Below, piece after piece: positions 62,342 through 64,000 of a stretch of DNA of 64,000 nucleotides (position 1 is the first letter of the stretch; every line of letters starts with the position of its first letter). The notes beneath the pieces are model-generated. The model did not search any database. It had not been told where the DNA came from and saw nothing but the letters and a program-made list of their open reading frames with translations. The translations under genes were made by a program, and so were the position numbers. The DNA is taken from positions 4,819-68,818 of the forward strand of contig DFKW01000002.1 of NCBI GenBank assembly GCA_002373935.1. Direction: 5' to 3'. This DNA is from Alphaproteobacteria bacterium UBA3635. GTDB lineage: Bacteria > Pseudomonadota > Alphaproteobacteria > Rs-D84.

Positions 62342-64000
62342 TTATTCTTCCACCGGTTCAGGTTGATAAATTTCAACATCGCGTGTCATTGATATAAATT
62401 TATCGGCACGGCGCGCCGGCAATTCATCCACCGGAATATCACGTAAAGACACCAACGCATCGGTCACAGATGCGGCAACCAATTCCATTGTTGTTTGCCA
62501 ATCTGTATGCGCCCCGCCCGCCGGTTCCGATATAATTCCATCGATTACACCCATTGCCGCCATATCGCGCGCCGTCAATTTCATTGCCGCCGCCGCCGTT
62601 GCACGGAATTTGTTATCGCGCCATAATATTGACGCACATGATTCAGGTGCAATCACAGAATAAATCGCGTTTTCCATCATTAAAACCCGGTCCGCCGTTC
62701 CAATCGCAATCGCACCACCGGATCCGCCCTGGCCCACATTGACGGCAACATACGGTGTTTTTATGGCCAAACCCGTTGAAATCGCGTTGGCTACCGCCTG
62801 GGACTGGCCACGTTCTTCGCTTTCGCGGCCGGCGTTCGCGCCCGCCGTATCAAACAAAGATATTAATGGTAAACCAAAACGTTCCGCCAAACGCATCATA
62901 CGCACGGCCTTGCGATAACCGTCGGGGTTCGCCATACCAAAACGATGTTTTTGCCGTGTTTCAATCGTGCGACCCGCCTCTTGCCCAATGATGACCGCCG
63001 GTATCCCGCGCCAAAAACCAATACCGGATGCCATCGCCGGATCCTCGCCATAACAACGGTCACCCGCCAGATATGTCCAATCGTCCACAATGCCATGTAT
63101 ATAATCCAAAAAGTGCGGACGATTTTCATGACGCGCCAATAAAACCTTGTCATATGCGTCGGTTTCACCCATACCACGGATTTTTTTGTCGTGGTCGTTT
63201 TTCGGTGTTTGGACATTTATAACGTGCGGTTCAATCGTTTGATGTGTTAAAACACGCAATATCCGCGCAACATTATCATGCAAATCGGCACGCGCAGACA
63301 CAATGTCAACCATACCATGTTCATACAGGTAATCCGCCGTCTGGAAATTAGATGGCAATTTTTCACGGATATTTTGTTCAATAACACGACGACCGGCAAA
63401 GCCAATACGCGCGCCGGATTCCGCAATATGAATATCGCCCAACATCGCAAAAGACGCGGTCACACCACCAAATGTCGGGTCGGTTAAAATAACAATGTAT
63501 GGGATTTTTTTCTCGTGCAATTTATTGACCGCAACCGTAGTGCGCGCCATCTGCATCAATGCCAAAATATTTTCTTGCATACGGGCGCCACCACTGGATG
63601 TGACCATGATAAACGGTTGGTTTAATTCAATCGCGTGTTCCATCGCAGATATAATTCCATCACCCGCCGCACGGCCCATAGACCCCATCATAAAAAAGCC
63701 GTTCAAAACACAAATGGTCGTATCAATACCACCAATTTTTCCATCCGCCGCCACAACCGCGTCCCACTCACCGGTGTCATCACGGGCCGCCGCCAAACGG
63801 TCGGCATAACTTTCCCGGTCAACAAATTCCAACGGATCGTCGGTGCATGTTGGTAAATTTAATTTTTTCCAATTCGCATCATCAAACAGCAAGTTAAACC
63901 GTTGCTTTGGCGACATGATAAACACATGCCCACAACGCGGACACACATAATGATTATCCTTGTAATCACGGTAATACACCAATTTTCCGCATGATTCACA
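62342..64000 (-). CDS. accD: Acetyl-CoA carboxylase carboxyltransferase, fused beta (AccD) and alpha (AccA) subunits; 5' end runs off the window
   Basis: The reading frame stays open to position 64000, where a zinc ribbon (CESCGK...CPRCGH) begins. The AccD core (GGARMQE, TDPTFGGVTASFA) is followed in the same ORF by an AccA core (DTAGANAGRESEERGQ, GQGGSGGA). Confidence 0.85.
   Translation of the reverse strand, partial: CESCGKLVYYRDYKDNHYVCPRCGHVFIMSPKQRFNLLFDDANWKKLNLPTCTDDPLEFVDRESYADRLAAARDDTGEWDAVVAADGKIGGIDTTICVLNGFFMMGSMGRAAGDGIISAMEHAIELNQPFIMVTSSGGARMQENILALMQMARTTVAVNKLHEKKIPYIVILTDPTFGGVTASFAMLGDIHIAESGARIGFAGRRVIEQNIREKLPSNFQTADYLYEHGMVDIVSARADLHDNVARILRVLTHQTIEPHVINVQTPKNDHDKKIRGMGETDAYDKVLLARHENRPHFLDYIHGIVDDWTYLAGDRCYGEDPAMASGIGFWRGIPAVIIGQEAGRTIETRQKHRFGMANPDGYRKAVRMMRLAERFGLPLISLFDTAGANAGRESEERGQSQAVANAISTGLAIKTPYVAVNVGQGGSGGAIAIGTADRVLMMENAIYSVIAPESCASILWRDNKFRATAAAAMKLTARDMAAMGVIDGIISEPAGGAHTDWQTTMELVAASVTDALVSLRDIPVDELPARRADKFISMTRDVEIYQPEPVEE

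Noticed and set aside
1-64000. Search for an integrase, transposase, reverse transcriptase or recombinase that could mobilise the small elements
   Set aside because: No ORF in the six-frame track shows tyrosine- or serine-recombinase, DDE or RT motifs that I can recognise. Any mobilising enzyme must be encoded outside this window.

Overview
The window looks like a housekeeping chromosomal region of a Gram-negative bacterium with moderate GC content. Most genes are on the minus strand. Gene content and synteny (rpsB-tsf, rplM-rpsI, tilS-ftsH, ctpA next to an envC-like gene, carD/cdnL, bamE, a 562-aa S1, prfB with its +1 frameshift) suggest an alphaproteobacterium-like lineage. PFOR (nifJ) points to an anaerobic lifestyle. 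Both taxonomic and lifestyle statements are inference only. I support about 55 CDS, including uvrA, polA, tyrS, rpsA, ftsH, tig, nifJ, an msbA-like exporter and a fused accD-accA that runs off the right edge. I also support seven tRNA genes: Leu-AAG, Arg-CCG, Ser-CGA, a CAT-anticodon tRNA, Arg-TCT and two copies of Ser-GCT. I found no rRNA, no CRISPR array, and no integrase or transposase ORF. The unusual content is mostly non-coding or accessory. (1) Three minus-strand tRNA genes (Ser-CGA, Arg-TCT, Ser-GCT) are each followed by a 180-220 bp insert. Each insert ends in a displaced copy of that tRNA's 3' end, fused to a shared arm motif (ACGAATGCCSCACAG, hairpin, CGAGCGA). (2) A ~76-nt repeat occurs five times. 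Two copies lie next to tRNAs, and one of those is flanked by perfect 30-bp direct repeats. (3) Two domain-shuffled paralogous genes for large secreted modular proteins lie in inverted orientation 23 kb apart. Each follows a ~570-bp conserved leader with a sigma70-like promoter, a long structured 5' UTR without a conserved ORF, and a terminator-like hairpin. (4) An orphan MuF-motif/GH108 lysozyme fusion sits behind three tandem terminator hairpins, followed by a secreted paralog of its own lysozyme-like domain. (5) Three unrelated small genes form a tandem array with conserved junctions. (6) Other oddities are a stand-alone SRP54 M-domain gene, an aspartokinase without ACT domains, and a tRNA-Leu with anticodon AAG. 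Nothing was searched against a database. All family calls rest on motifs read from the translations.
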